Under the pieces are notes generated by a model, which saw only the letters and a program-made list of their open reading frames with translations, was not told the origin of the DNA and searched no databases. Made by a program: the position numbers and the translations under genes. Shown one piece after another: positions 17,967 to 27,550 of a stretch of 64,000 nt of DNA. Each line of letters starts with the position of its first letter. Position 1 is the first letter of the stretch. This DNA comes from Myxococcales bacterium (lineage in GTDB: Bacteria; Myxococcota; UBA727; GCA-2721815): positions 65,460 to 129,459 of the forward strand of contig PBLQ01000021.1 of the NCBI GenBank assembly GCA_002721815.1, written 5' to 3'.

Positions 17967-18539
17967 TTAAGAGCCCCCTTCTTCGGCAACATCGGGTTCT
18001 CCAGAAAAAAGTCCAATGGGCTCTTCGATCCAAACCTCTTTATCTGCTTCTGACAAACCTACGATGAGGCCAGCCACAAATGGCATTTCGATGACTTGAC
18101 CCGACAGTGTTTTTACCCGGGCCAAGGGTTGGGGGCTGTGAATGTCGATGTGAATAATCTCACCAAGAAGGCCACTTTTTTCGCTGTGAACTTGTGCGCC
18201 TAAAAAATCCACCAAATAGGTTTCATCAGGAGAGAGTTGTGGGAGATCGTCTCTTTGTATCCATACTTCTTGGCCGCGAAGGCGTTCTGCTTCGTTTCGG
18301 TCGGTGATCTCTTCGAAGAGGACCCGGCCATTACCGTGTTCGGATTTAATTTTGAGAGAGATTTTACCTTGATCTTTGGCGGTGCGTAATTCGATCATCA
18401 ACCCAGGTTTCAACGATTGGGAGTCGGGATTGTGTAATCGAATTCGAACGCCGCCACGAACCCCAAACGGTTTGGCCACCGTTCCAAGACACACCCAGTT
18501 TTCGGATTCACCGGAAGAACCGTTGGATGCGCGATGCAT
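17967..18539 (-). CDS. rimM: 16S rRNA processing protein RimM
   Basis: 'VCLGTVAKPFGVRGGVRIRLH' RimM N-terminal beta-barrel motif and PRC-like C-terminus. Confidence 0.8.
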   Translation of the reverse strand: MHRASNGSSGESENWVCLGTVAKPFGVRGGVRIRLHNPDSQSLKPGLMIELRTAKDQGKISLKIKSEHGNGRVLFEEITDRNEAERLRGQEVWIQRDDLPQLSPDETYLVDFLGAQVHSEKSGLLGEIIHIDIHSPQPLARVKTLSGQVIEMPFVAGLIVGLSEADKEVWIEEPIGLFSGEPDVAEEGGS

Positions 18540-18544
18540 GGCGC

Positions 18545-18844
18545 TTATTCCTGTGGTGCGGATTCGGGTGTTTCGGAGGCTCCTGTTGGTTCGGTGACCA
18601 CCGGGTCCATAATTTCAAGGTGAACCGCTTGCCCATTTTTACCGGCTACGGCTTGTAGCAAGGTACGCATGGCTTTGGCGGTTCGGCCTTTTTTACCGAT
18701 AACTTTGCCCAGATCATTTTTGTGGACCGATAGCTGATAGACAGTGCGTTCGTCTTCTTGGACGACGGACACCGCCACCGGCTCAGGGTGATCCACCATG
18801 GCACTGGCCAAAAAATGGACGAGATCTTTCAAAATTGAATCCAA
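18545..18844 (-). CDS. KH-domain RNA-binding protein (YlqC/UPF0109 family)
   Basis: 'GKVIGKKGRTAKAMRTLL' GXXG KH loop. Canonical position between rpsP and rimM. Confidence 0.75.
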   Translation of the reverse strand: MDSILKDLVHFLASAMVDHPEPVAVSVVQEDERTVYQLSVHKNDLGKVIGKKGRTAKAMRTLLQAVAGKNGQAVHLEIMDPVVTEPTGASETPESAPQE

Positions 18845-18859
18845 CCGAAAAGTGAGGGA

Positions 18860-19117
18860 TTAAGCGTCGCTGGCAGGCTGTGCTTTACGCACTTTTTTGA
18901 TCAGCGAGCGAACGGTATCGCTGGGCTGCGCGCCCACTTTGATCCAGTGATCAACACGCTCAAGCTTGAGGTTCACTTGGGTTTGTGTGGTGCGTGGATC
19001 GTAAGTGCCCACTTGCTCAATGTATCGACCATCCCGAGGGAAGCGTCGATCAGCCACAACAACACGATAAAAAGGACGTTTTTTTGCGCCACCGCGCGCG
19101 AGTCGAATAACTACCAT
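18860..19117 (-). CDS. rpsP: 30S ribosomal protein S16
   Basis: '[36 protein letters not shown]' S16 signature. Start moved to MVVIRL. Confidence 0.9.
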   Translation of the reverse strand: MVVIRLARGGAKKRPFYRVVVADRRFPRDGRYIEQVGTYDPRTTQTQVNLKLERVDHWIKVGAQPSDTVRSLIKKVRKAQPASDA

Positions 19118-19555
19118 GGTTTTCTCCAAAAGTTCTGCTCAGTTCAAACGAAATGAGAAGTTTCAAAAAAGCATCAAGATGCTTTGTTTGCGATGCCGTC
19201 AACCCGACGGTACCCGCCTCCCTAGGAAGGCAAATGGGAAATGACCCCACGAACGGGGCCATCCAATGCCAATGAACTGGGTTTGTCAATCCAGCTCGGG
19301 CGCTTTGTGGGGGGTGGCAATGGTTGGAAAAGCGCGTAAATGTTTTCACACCGGTGGGTAGGTGAAGGTTCCAAACTGGGGCTTTTTCCTGTGGCCCGCT
19401 CGGATCAGCAGCGCGCACGGATGGTCTGTAAGACACTGTTTTTAAATAGTTAGGGAATAAAAAAAGCCAATTGGACGCGTTGCGGCATAAAGATTGCAGC
19501 CTTTAAGGTTTGGTTTTAATGGGGCCCGCGGGGTTTCTTACAATAAGGTGGTTGA

Positions 19556-20584
19556 ATGTCAGTAGATGCGAACTTAGAGCGCAGCGCCTTTTTATTGAAC
19601 GCAAACGCAAAGAACGTCACCGATCGAATTCTCGGAGAGATGGTGGGCGTGATTCCTGCTGGTGATTTGTTTTACGCCCGCTCTATGGAAGACTCAGAGG
19701 CCTTTTTGAGGACCATCGTTAAACGTGGCTACAAGGAGATTTTCACGGGTGGGGGAGACGGCACATTGGTCACCACCATGAACATGCTCCAAAAAATCAT
19801 GGACGAAGAAGATCTGGCCTACAAACCAGCCATGGGTGTTTTGAAGCTGGGAACGGGCAACGCCATGGCCACGGCTTTGGGAGCTGGTCAACCGCTCAAT
19901 GATGTGTCTCAAGTTTTAGAGACCGAAAATAAAGACTACAAACCCATGCATTTGGTGGAGTGTGACGATGGCACTTTGACCCCCTTTGCGGGTATGGGTT
20001 ATGACGGCGAAATCCTCAACGATTACTTCGACCTTAAAAGCAATGCGGAAGGTACCGCTCTGGACGTGCTCACCAAAACTGCTGCGGGTTATGTTTTGGC
20101 TGCTTTATCGCGCACGGTACCACGGCAATTCAACCGGCAGTTGCCGAATATCAAGGTGATCACCCGTGACTGGGCCTTGCAGTTGGTGGAAGATGAGTAC
20201 GGTCAGGTTCAAGAGATTCCAATCGCACCGGGTGCGGTGCTTTATCAGGGGCCGGCCCCAGTGTGTTCGGTGGGCGCGATTCCTTACTATGGGTACGGTT
20301 TCACCATGTTCCCGTTTGCTGATCGTAAGCCCGGTTTCGTTCAGTTGAGGGTCAGCGCGGTTCCGGTTTTGGAGCTGTTGACCAACCTTTATCCCTCGAT
20401 TTGGAAGGGTTCCTTCCGCCATGAAAAGCTCTATGACTGGCTGGTGAAGGACGTAGAGGTGATCGCCGAATCGCCGCTGCCTTATCAAGTGGGTGGAGAC
20501 GCTTGGGGCGAAAAGAGCCATTTGCGCTTCAAAGCAGCCGCCGAAGCTTGGCAAATGGTGGATTTTTCCGGTTTGGCGGCCTAG
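19556..20584 (+). CDS. lipid kinase / diacylglycerol-kinase catalytic-domain (DAGK_cat, YegS-like) protein
   Basis: 'IFTGGGDGTL' and 'GVLKLGTGNAMA' motifs of the DAGK/NAD-kinase fold. Confidence 0.65.
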   Translation: MSVDANLERSAFLLNANAKNVTDRILGEMVGVIPAGDLFYARSMEDSEAFLRTIVKRGYKEIFTGGGDGTLVTTMNMLQKIMDEEDLAYKPAMGVLKLGTGNAMATALGAGQPLNDVSQVLETENKDYKPMHLVECDDGTLTPFAGMGYDGEILNDYFDLKSNAEGTALDVLTKTAAGYVLAALSRTVPRQFNRQLPNIKVITRDWALQLVEDEYGQVQEIPIAPGAVLYQGPAPVCSVGAIPYYGYGFTMFPFADRKPGFVQLRVSAVPVLELLTNLYPSIWKGSFRHEKLYDWLVKDVEVIAESPLPYQVGGDAWGEKSHLRFKAAAEAWQMVDFSGLAA

Positions 20585-20662
20585 AAGACCCCAACAACCC
20601 CTTGTAAACCTGTTTGGGATCGATTAGATCTCCCCCTCAAACTGATTTTAAGGAGCAGTCCT

Positions 20663-20926
20663 ATGGCTCGCGTTACCGTTGAAGATTGTTTAGAGCAAAT
20701 TCCCAATCGCTTTGCATTGGTTCTGTTGGCTTCCAGCCGCACCCGTCAATTGATGAAGGGCAGCCGCTCCTTGGTGGACCACCAGCGCAACAAAGAGCCC
20801 GTCATGGCCTTGCGTGAAGTGGCTGATAAAAAAGTATATTTTGACCGCCCCGTGAACGACGTGTTGGACAAAACGGTCTCACAGCTGCAAGCTGACTTCG
20901 AAGCCTTGCACGCCAGCGAGTACTAA
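20663..20926 (+). CDS. rpoZ: DNA-directed RNA polymerase subunit omega
   Basis: 'MARVTVEDCLEQIPNRFALVLLASSRTRQL' RpoZ signature. Confidence 0.85.
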   Translation: MARVTVEDCLEQIPNRFALVLLASSRTRQLMKGSRSLVDHQRNKEPVMALREVADKKVYFDRPVNDVLDKTVSQLQADFEALHASEY

Positions 20927-21007
20927 ACGCCTGATTGACATCGCCGGCGAATGAAGAACCGACCGAAGGCCATTTACAGCCCACGGTCGGTTTGCCAATT
21001 GTAGCTC

Positions 21008-22930
21008 ATGAATCTCTTTGGAACACAAAAAGCAGACGTCATCGTGGTGGGTGGCGGTCATGCCGGATGCGAAGCGGCTTTAGCCAGCGCGCGTCTGGGC
21101 CTGTCTACTTTGCTGGTCACAGGCAATTTAGATCGCATTGCGGTGATGAGTTGTAACCCGGCCATTGGAGGGGTGGGCAAAGGTCATCTGGTCAAAGAGA
21201 TCGATGCACTCGGTGGAGAGATGGCCAAAGTGGCAGACGCCACCGGAATTCACTTTCGCACCCTGAACAGTTCTCGAGGACCTGCAGTGCGTGCCACCCG
21301 CTGTCAAAGCGACATGCATCGGTATCACCAGTTAATGTCGGATGTGGTCTATCGCCAACCCAACTTGCGTTTGCGCCAAGACGATGTGGTGGCACTGACC
21401 TGGGAAGACAGCACCATCACTGGCGTCATGACTGGCCAGGGTGAATGGCTGCAAGGCCAAAAAGTGATTTTAACCACCGGTACATTTTTGGGCGGCAAAC
21501 TGGTCATTGGACAAGACAAAAAGCCCGGAGGACGCGCGGGGGAGGCACCGAGCAAAGGCCTTTCCAGTTCATTACAAGAAATGGGTTTAACCTTAGAGCG
21601 ACTCAAAACAGGGACCTGTCCCCGACTCGATGCCCGAACCATTGCGATGGATTCGCTGGAAGAGCAAAAGCCTGAAGAGCCAGCCCCTCAATTTGCTTTT
21701 GAAAGTGTGACACCCAAGCTGCCACAAATCTCTTGTCGCATCACCCACACCAACTCCCAGACCCACGCCATCATCGCGCAAGCCGTGGCGGATGGCTTGG
21801 CACCTTTGTTCAATGGGACCATCGAGGGGGCTGGGCCAAGGTATTGCCCCAGCCTAGAAGACAAAGTCATTCGTTTTGCAAACAAAGAGAGCCACCAAAT
21901 CTTTTTAGAGCCTCATGGATTGGATTCTCACGAAATATACCCCATGGGCTTGTCCACCTCGCTGCCACCCAAAATTCAGTTGGACTTTTTGCGCACCATC
22001 AAGGGTCTTGAATCGGTAGAGGTCACCCGCTGGGGGTATGCAGTGGAATATGACTATGTAGACCCCACGCAGTTGTCATCAACACTTGAAACCAAGCGGA
22101 TGTCTGGTTTGTATTGTGCGGGCCAAATCAACGGAACCACAGGTTATGAAGAAGCCGCTGCACAGGGATTGTTGGCAGGGCTCAATGCGGCCAATGCGGT
22201 GTTGGGCCAAGCACCTTTGGTATTAGGCCGGCATGAAGCCTATCTCGGTGTGCTGGTGGATGATTTGGTCACCGTGGGCACCCAAGAACCCTATCGCATG
22301 TTCACCTCGCGCGCCGAACACCGGCTGGTCTTACGTGAAGACAATGTCTACCGACGTTTGAGTCCCGTGGGGCATCGCATGGGTTTGTTACCGGCCGATC
22401 GTTTTGAGGCCATGACGGATTTTGAGCAACAAGTGGATGCTGAGATGAAACGATTGGAGTCTACAGTTTGTACGCCCAATGCGCTCAGACAAGATATTTT
22501 GAGTTCGAAGAAGAGCCAACCACTCAAACCGGGCACCACGCTTTCTCAGTTGCTAAAGCGCCCTGAACTCAACGAGCACGATTTATTTGAGATTGAATCC
22601 GCCGACGACACGGTGGCCAATGCAGCCCAACCTTTGACCCCCCAAGCACAAAAGGTACGATACCGTGCTGCGGTTGAAGTGAAATACGCAGGCTATGTGG
22701 CTCGGGCACTGAAGATGATCGAAAAAGAAAAGAACCTCGAGGACGCCGTCTTGCCTCCATCCCTTTTTGAAAAGCAGCTGCCGGGAATGAGCAACGAGGT
22801 CTATGAGAAATTAGTGGCCATCCAGCCGCGAACTTTAGCCCAGGCCAGTCGCATTAGCGGAATGACCGCGGCCGCGCTTAGTTTGTTAGCGGTGGAGTTA
22901 CGTCGACAGCAAGAAGCTCAGGCCAGTTAG
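21008..22930 (+). CDS. mnmG: tRNA uridine 5-carboxymethylaminomethyl modification enzyme MnmG (GidA)
   Basis: '[22 protein letters not shown]' FAD motif, '[12 protein letters not shown]', '[16 protein letters not shown]'. Full length, about 640 aa. Confidence 0.9.
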   Translation: MNLFGTQKADVIVVGGGHAGCEAALASARLGLSTLLVTGNLDRIAVMSCNPAIGGVGKGHLVKEIDALGGEMAKVADATGIHFRTLNSSRGPAVRATRCQSDMHRYHQLMSDVVYRQPNLRLRQDDVVALTWEDSTITGVMTGQGEWLQGQKVILTTGTFLGGKLVIGQDKKPGGRAGEAPSKGLSSSLQEMGLTLERLKTGTCPRLDARTIAMDSLEEQKPEEPAPQFAFESVTPKLPQISCRITHTNSQTHAIIAQAVADGLAPLFNGTIEGAGPRYCPSLEDKVIRFANKESHQIFLEPHGLDSHEIYPMGLSTSLPPKIQLDFLRTIKGLESVEVTRWGYAVEYDYVDPTQLSSTLETKRMSGLYCAGQINGTTGYEEAAAQGLLAGLNAANAVLGQAPLVLGRHEAYLGVLVDDLVTVGTQEPYRMFTSRAEHRLVLREDNVYRRLSPVGHRMGLLPADRFEAMTDFEQQVDAEMKRLESTVCTPNALRQDILSSKKSQPLKPGTTLSQLLKRPELNEHDLFEIESADDTVANAAQPLTPQAQKVRYRAAVEVKYAGYVARALKMIEKEKNLEDAVLPPSLFEKQLPGMSNEVYEKLVAIQPRTLAQASRISGMTAAALSLLAVELRRQQEAQAS

Positions 22931-22937
22931 TTCTTTC

Positions 22938-25628
22938 TTACCAATTCACTTCGTCATGACAGCTTTTGAAACGTTCGATAAGTTCGTCCACGTTTCGAGC
23001 GGTCCGCAATCTCGAAAGCACATCCGTTTCGGTCACCATGCGAGCCACGCTGGCTAGAATTTTTAAATGGGTGTTGCGATCTTCTAAAGTGCCAATCGTG
23101 GCTACGAAAACATCGACTTTTTCACCATCGCTGGCCCCATAATCGATGGGGGTAGCGGTGGTAAAGATGGCCACATAGCTTTGGTCCAAATGGGGGATAC
23201 TGGCGTGAGGAAGGGCCAGTCCTTGACCCAGCGCCGTGTTTTGGGTGCGTTCTCGTTGCCAAAGCGCGCTGTAGATGTCTTCGGTAGGCACGTTTTGGAG
23301 TAGTCGATGGAAATCTTCGGCAATGCGCTGAAACACGTGGTCTTTTTTCTCTGTACGAATATGGGCTTCGGCGCATTCCGCCACCAGGTAATCTGTGAGG
23401 TTAAAAGCCGGTCCAATGGACGAAATGCGCTCCGGTTCGAAACCTTGGTGCGTTCGGGCTTGGGGGGTGGAGAGGGTGAGGACTGAGCACTCCGCCTTTT
23501 CAATTAAGTTGGGGACGGCCACAGATTTGATTCGGTTGAGGATGCCGCGGTTATGGGCTGCACCCGCCACCAACAGATCGTAACCCCCGGTAAGGCCGGC
23601 AATGGCATCCGATGGTTTGTCACCCTCGATAACCAAGGAACTGCTTTTGCTGCGACACAAATCTTGAAGCTGTCGGAGATAACGTTCCTCTGCAGCGCGT
23701 TTGTGCTCACCGGAGTCTGGCCCCACCACTCGCACAAAAGTGAGTTCAGCGCGAAACAATTCTGCCAGATGGTCGGCGGTGGATGCCACCAGGGCATCGT
23801 GCGGCCCAGGCTTGGCGTAAACGAGAATCTTACGCACGTAACGAACCCCACTGTCTTTAAAGACGGCCAAGTTGCAAGGAAGATTATGCACCAACCAGCC
23901 CAATGGGTTTTGTAGGGCAACACCAAACTCAGATCGTCCACGCCAGGCCATGCAAATCCATTGAGTGGCATCTTGCTGGGCCAGGTTGTAAACAGCGTAG
24001 ACCTGATCGTGGGAAACCAATGGCGTGAAGTCAACGGGAAAATCTTTAACTTCGCCAGTTGCAGTGACGCGCCGTCTTAAGCTTTGAATGGTTTGGTCTT
24101 CTTCAAAGCCTGCATCAAGTGATGTCTGCTCTGGGACCTCTGTGATATGGACCACCTGGACGGGTTGGTGATTGGCCAGCGCACCGCCCATTTCAACCAG
24201 CATTTCGGGCGACCGTTCTTTGCCGAACAAGGGGACGGCCACCGGTGCGAACGCATCTAAATCGGTTTCTAGGGTGCGTGGTCCTGCGGCCATAGGGATT
24301 TGGGTGATCAAGTCCTGTCGGCGGCCCCTTTTCCCGATCACGCCAGTTCGAGTGCTAAACCGCCTTCCATACACGATATACAAAACCCCGCCAACCAGCC
24401 CGATGGCGATGGCGCCAAGTAAGCCCCAAAATCCCATGAGGGCCAATAGCAGGCCACCACTAAGCAAGCCGAAGATTTGTAAACCCGGATAGAGCGGGCT
24501 CTTGTAGGTCGGTTTGTACCATTGGATTGGCAATTCTCTCAGAACGATAACTGCAAGATTGACCATCATGAAAGCCATGATCATAAACGAGCTGGCCAGC
24601 TTGGCGATTTTTTCCACATTGAGAAACAGAATCGCGCAGCCCATGGCAAAAGTGGTGAGTATAATTGCCACCGTGGGTGTCTTGAAGCGTGCATCAACGC
24701 GACGGAAGACACTGGGCAGCAAATTGTCTCGAGACATGGCAAAAGGAAAGCGTGAAGCGGCGAGAACGCCAGCATTGGCCATGGACACCATGGTGACGAT
24801 CCCGATGAACGCGAACGCCATACCGAACCAATGGCCCTTGAGGACCACAGCAAGAGTGTAAATGGGATGTAAATCTTCTTGAAAAACAGAGGCGGGGATA
24901 AAGGAAGAGAGCACAAAAACAACCACGCCATAAATGCTCATGGCGCAAATTAATGAAAGTATGATCCCCAGAGGGATGTTACGGTTTGGGTTTTTTACTT
25001 CTTCTGCAATGGCGGCGATTTTTGTGACGCCCGCAAAAGAAACAAAAACGAAGCCAGCTGCAGCAAAGAAGCCTCCGAGTCCATGCTCAAAAAATGGTGC
25101 TGGAGATTTAATGCGCAACTCCCAATCCCAAAGACCCAACGTCATCAAGATCAGCAGGCCAAAAATACTGAAAATAACCACGAATGTTTGCGCTTGGCCC
25201 ACCTTCCGCACACCGACCAAGTTGAGAAATGTGATCAGAAGAAGAAGCAACAAGGCCATGGGCCGAATGTCCATATCGGCCATCACGCTGAGATAGGCCC
25301 CAAAGCCCATGAGTGCAAAAGCGCTTTTTAAAAGCAGGCTCATCCATAAACCCAGCCCGGCGATCGTGCCCGTGGCCGGGCCAAAGGTTCGCTCCAGGTA
25401 AACGTACGTTCCCCCCGATGTGGGCATGGCCGTGGCCAGTTCAGCTTTAGAGAGCGCGGCGGGAATGACAAAAATACCGGCCACCAGATAGGCCAAAAAT
25501 ACCGAGCTACCAGTTTTGGCAAAGGCAAGACCCGGAAGTACAAAAATACCCGAGCCCAGCATGGTACTGATGCTGATGGCTACCACCGTACCCAGGTCTA
25601 AGCGTCTTTCCAGTTGATGTGTGCCCAA
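22938..25628 (-). CDS. APC-family amino-acid permease fused to universal-stress-protein (USP) domains and a C-terminal PTS EIIA(Ntr)/EIIA-2 domain
   Basis: N-terminal about 450 aa are polytopic with 'GSGIFVLPG' APC motif. The middle region is USP-like alpha/beta. C-terminal 'ALGQGLALPHASIPHLDQSYVAIFTTATPIDYGASDGEKVDVFVATIG' matches the PTS_EIIA_2 phospho-His region. Confidence 0.65.
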   Translation of the reverse strand: MGTHQLERRLDLGTVVAISISTMLGSGIFVLPGLAFAKTGSSVFLAYLVAGIFVIPAALSKAELATAMPTSGGTYVYLERTFGPATGTIAGLGLWMSLLLKSAFALMGFGAYLSVMADMDIRPMALLLLLLITFLNLVGVRKVGQAQTFVVIFSIFGLLILMTLGLWDWELRIKSPAPFFEHGLGGFFAAAGFVFVSFAGVTKIAAIAEEVKNPNRNIPLGIILSLICAMSIYGVVVFVLSSFIPASVFQEDLHPIYTLAVVLKGHWFGMAFAFIGIVTMVSMANAGVLAASRFPFAMSRDNLLPSVFRRVDARFKTPTVAIILTTFAMGCAILFLNVEKIAKLASSFMIMAFMMVNLAVIVLRELPIQWYKPTYKSPLYPGLQIFGLLSGGLLLALMGFWGLLGAIAIGLVGGVLYIVYGRRFSTRTGVIGKRGRRQDLITQIPMAAGPRTLETDLDAFAPVAVPLFGKERSPEMLVEMGGALANHQPVQVVHITEVPEQTSLDAGFEEDQTIQSLRRRVTATGEVKDFPVDFTPLVSHDQVYAVYNLAQQDATQWICMAWRGRSEFGVALQNPLGWLVHNLPCNLAVFKDSGVRYVRKILVYAKPGPHDALVASTADHLAELFRAELTFVRVVGPDSGEHKRAAEERYLRQLQDLCRSKSSSLVIEGDKPSDAIAGLTGGYDLLVAGAAHNRGILNRIKSVAVPNLIEKAECSVLTLSTPQARTHQGFEPERISSIGPAFNLTDYLVAECAEAHIRTEKKDHVFQRIAEDFHRLLQNVPTEDIYSALWQRERTQNTALGQGLALPHASIPHLDQSYVAIFTTATPIDYGASDGEKVDVFVATIGTLEDRNTHLKILASVARMVTETDVLSRLRTARNVDELIERFKSCHDEVNW

Positions 25629-25812
25629 GCGTTACCCTTAAGGTCTAAATTTCAGTGGCTTATGTAGAAACTGAGTGATCAGTCATGTTTATACCTTAAG
25701 GGGGTAACATTTCTCCAATTCCAGATTCAAAAATCGGTGGATGGGCAAAATTACCGCCCCGTCCCGCTTTTATTTCCCTCTCAATGGGGCAAACTACGTG
25801 CTGGGAGTTGAA

Positions 25813-27195
25813 ATGGCACAAGTTTCCATGGATCTAAAAAGGACGGACACCATTTGCGCGCTGGCCACGCCCCTGGCCCCAGCGGCCTTGGCGGTGATCC
25901 GCGTTTCTGGTGCTAACGCACTATCCATTCGAGACCGGGTCTTTCGCAGTCACCGTGGGCAACAAAAAGATTTTATGGCCACTTTGGGGTTTGTGCTGGC
26001 GCCCCAGGGCGAAGAACCGGTGGATGAGGTGCTGTGTACCTTTTTTCCCCAGGGCAAAAGTTTTACTGGCGAACCTTCTTTTGAAATGTCGCTGCACGGC
26101 AATCCCAACTTGGCGCAGCGAACATTAGATGCTTTGGTGGCGGCCGGATGTCGTCTGGCGCGTCCCGGTGAATTTACCCTGCGGGCATTTTTGACGGGCA
26201 AGATTGATTTGTGTGCAGCAGAATCCGTACTGGACTTAATTGGTGCTGGTTCTGAAGTGGCCGCCCACGCGGCTTTGCGTGGTCTCAAAGGAGGCTTGAG
26301 TGAGCGACTGGCCCCCGTACGCCACAATTTAATTCACGTCTTGGCGCAGGTCGAGGCTCGCATGGACTTCCCTGAAGAAGATTTGGGCTCAGCGCAGGTG
26401 GACGATCTGAAACATCACTTTCAACAGATGAAAACAGATCTCGAAAACCTGATGGCTTCGGCTTCCATGGGGCAGCGTCTCATTCAAGGCGCAAGGGTGG
26501 TGTTGTTTGGTCCTCCGAATGTGGGGAAAAGCACCTTGCTCAATGCACTCACCGGCGAATCCCGAGCTTTGGTTTACGATCAACCAGGGACCACGCGTGA
26601 TGTGCTGGAGGCCAATTGGGTTTTGGATGGCATGCCCATTTTATTGGTAGACGTGGCCGGTATTCGACCTTCAGAGCAGGCAGACCCAGTGGAGCAAATG
26701 GGGATCGAAAAAGCCAAAGAAGAATTATTTAAGGCCGACCTCATACTTGGACTGGCAGAGAGTGTGTCCCCGACGTTCGGTTTTCTGAAGTCCCAGCTGG
26801 AAACATGGGGAGTTGACGAGGGGACACCACGAATTTGGTTGCGCACCAAAACGGATCTTGAATCTCCCAACCCATCCTCCAAAGAAGGCATCGGTATCTC
26901 AGCCCAACACGGAATGGGATTGGATGCCCTTCAAGAAGCCATGCGGGAGATCCTTTGTTTGGGTGACGCTCAGAGTGACGAAGTATTTCTGACGCGAAAC
27001 CGACAAAAAGAAGAGGTGCAAGCGTGCCTGCAAGCTTTGAACGAAGCAGAGCAAGCGTTGTCACAAGGGTGGGCCGACGAAGTTTTAACTTCAGAAATTA
27101 GACGTGCCGGGCAAGCGCTCGACCGTTTGCTGGGGGCCGATCTCAACGAAGATGTGTTGGATAAGATCTTTTCAGAGTTTTGTATCGGGAAGTAA
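25813..27195 (+). CDS. mnmE: tRNA modification GTPase MnmE (TrmE)
   Basis: 'TICALATP...AVIRVSG' N-domain, 'GPPNVGKSTLLNAL' G1 motif, C-terminal 'CIGK'. Start moved downstream to 'MAQVSMDLKRTDTI'. Confidence 0.85.
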   Translation: MAQVSMDLKRTDTICALATPLAPAALAVIRVSGANALSIRDRVFRSHRGQQKDFMATLGFVLAPQGEEPVDEVLCTFFPQGKSFTGEPSFEMSLHGNPNLAQRTLDALVAAGCRLARPGEFTLRAFLTGKIDLCAAESVLDLIGAGSEVAAHAALRGLKGGLSERLAPVRHNLIHVLAQVEARMDFPEEDLGSAQVDDLKHHFQQMKTDLENLMASASMGQRLIQGARVVLFGPPNVGKSTLLNALTGESRALVYDQPGTTRDVLEANWVLDGMPILLVDVAGIRPSEQADPVEQMGIEKAKEELFKADLILGLAESVSPTFGFLKSQLETWGVDEGTPRIWLRTKTDLESPNPSSKEGIGISAQHGMGLDALQEAMREILCLGDAQSDEVFLTRNRQKEEVQACLQALNEAEQALSQGWADEVLTSEIRRAGQALDRLLGADLNEDVLDKIFSEFCIGK

Positions 27196-27196
27196 T

Positions 27197-27550
27197 TTAG
27201 AGGCGTTTAAAAAACTCAACGGGCTTGATGAGGTTGTCATAGTCCTCGTTGGTTTTTTCTGCTTTGGGACTGGTGATGTCTGATTCATCCACGTTTTCCA
27301 GTTCGTCAATGCGAAAGACATGGTTGAGCGGAATCATGAGGTTTTTGATGTTGGCAAATTCGCTTCGCACCTCGTCTTCAGTGGGGACGATGAGGTTGCG
27401 GTTTCGTTGAAAAATGATCTGCGAAATGACGCACATGTTATAAAATTCGGGTGATGCGGAAACTTCTTTGGCGAACAAAGAATACACTTTACCCAAATGA
27501 AAAAAATGAACTTTGAAGACTTTCTTTTCTTTTGCCATGGTGTTTACCAA
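27197..27550 (-). CDS. hypothetical small protein, terminal gene of the Bat/MoxR operon
   Basis: 117-aa ORF whose start overlaps the BatB/C stop by 7 bp, which suggests coupling. No motif recognised. Confidence 0.45.
   Translation of the reverse strand: MVNTMAKEKKVFKVHFFHLGKVYSLFAKEVSASPEFYNMCVISQIIFQRNRNLIVPTEDEVRSEFANIKNLMIPLNHVFRIDELENVDESDITSPKAEKTNEDYDNLIKPVEFFKRL

Noticed and set aside
19050-19436. 128-aa minus-strand ORF spanning the rpsP start and upstream intergenic region
   Set aside because: It overlaps the conserved S16 N-terminus out of frame and has an implausible Trp/Cys/Pro-rich sequence. It was called spurious.
19130-19555. Looked for SRP (4.5S) RNA, RNase P RNA, tmRNA and tRNA signatures in the large rpsP-upstream intergenic region
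   Set aside because: No GGAAGGAAGCAGCC-type SRP apical motif, no RNase P 'AGGAAAGUCCGGGCU' motif, and no tRNA T-arm 'GGTTCGAATCC' were found. Only a generic regulatory-region note was kept.
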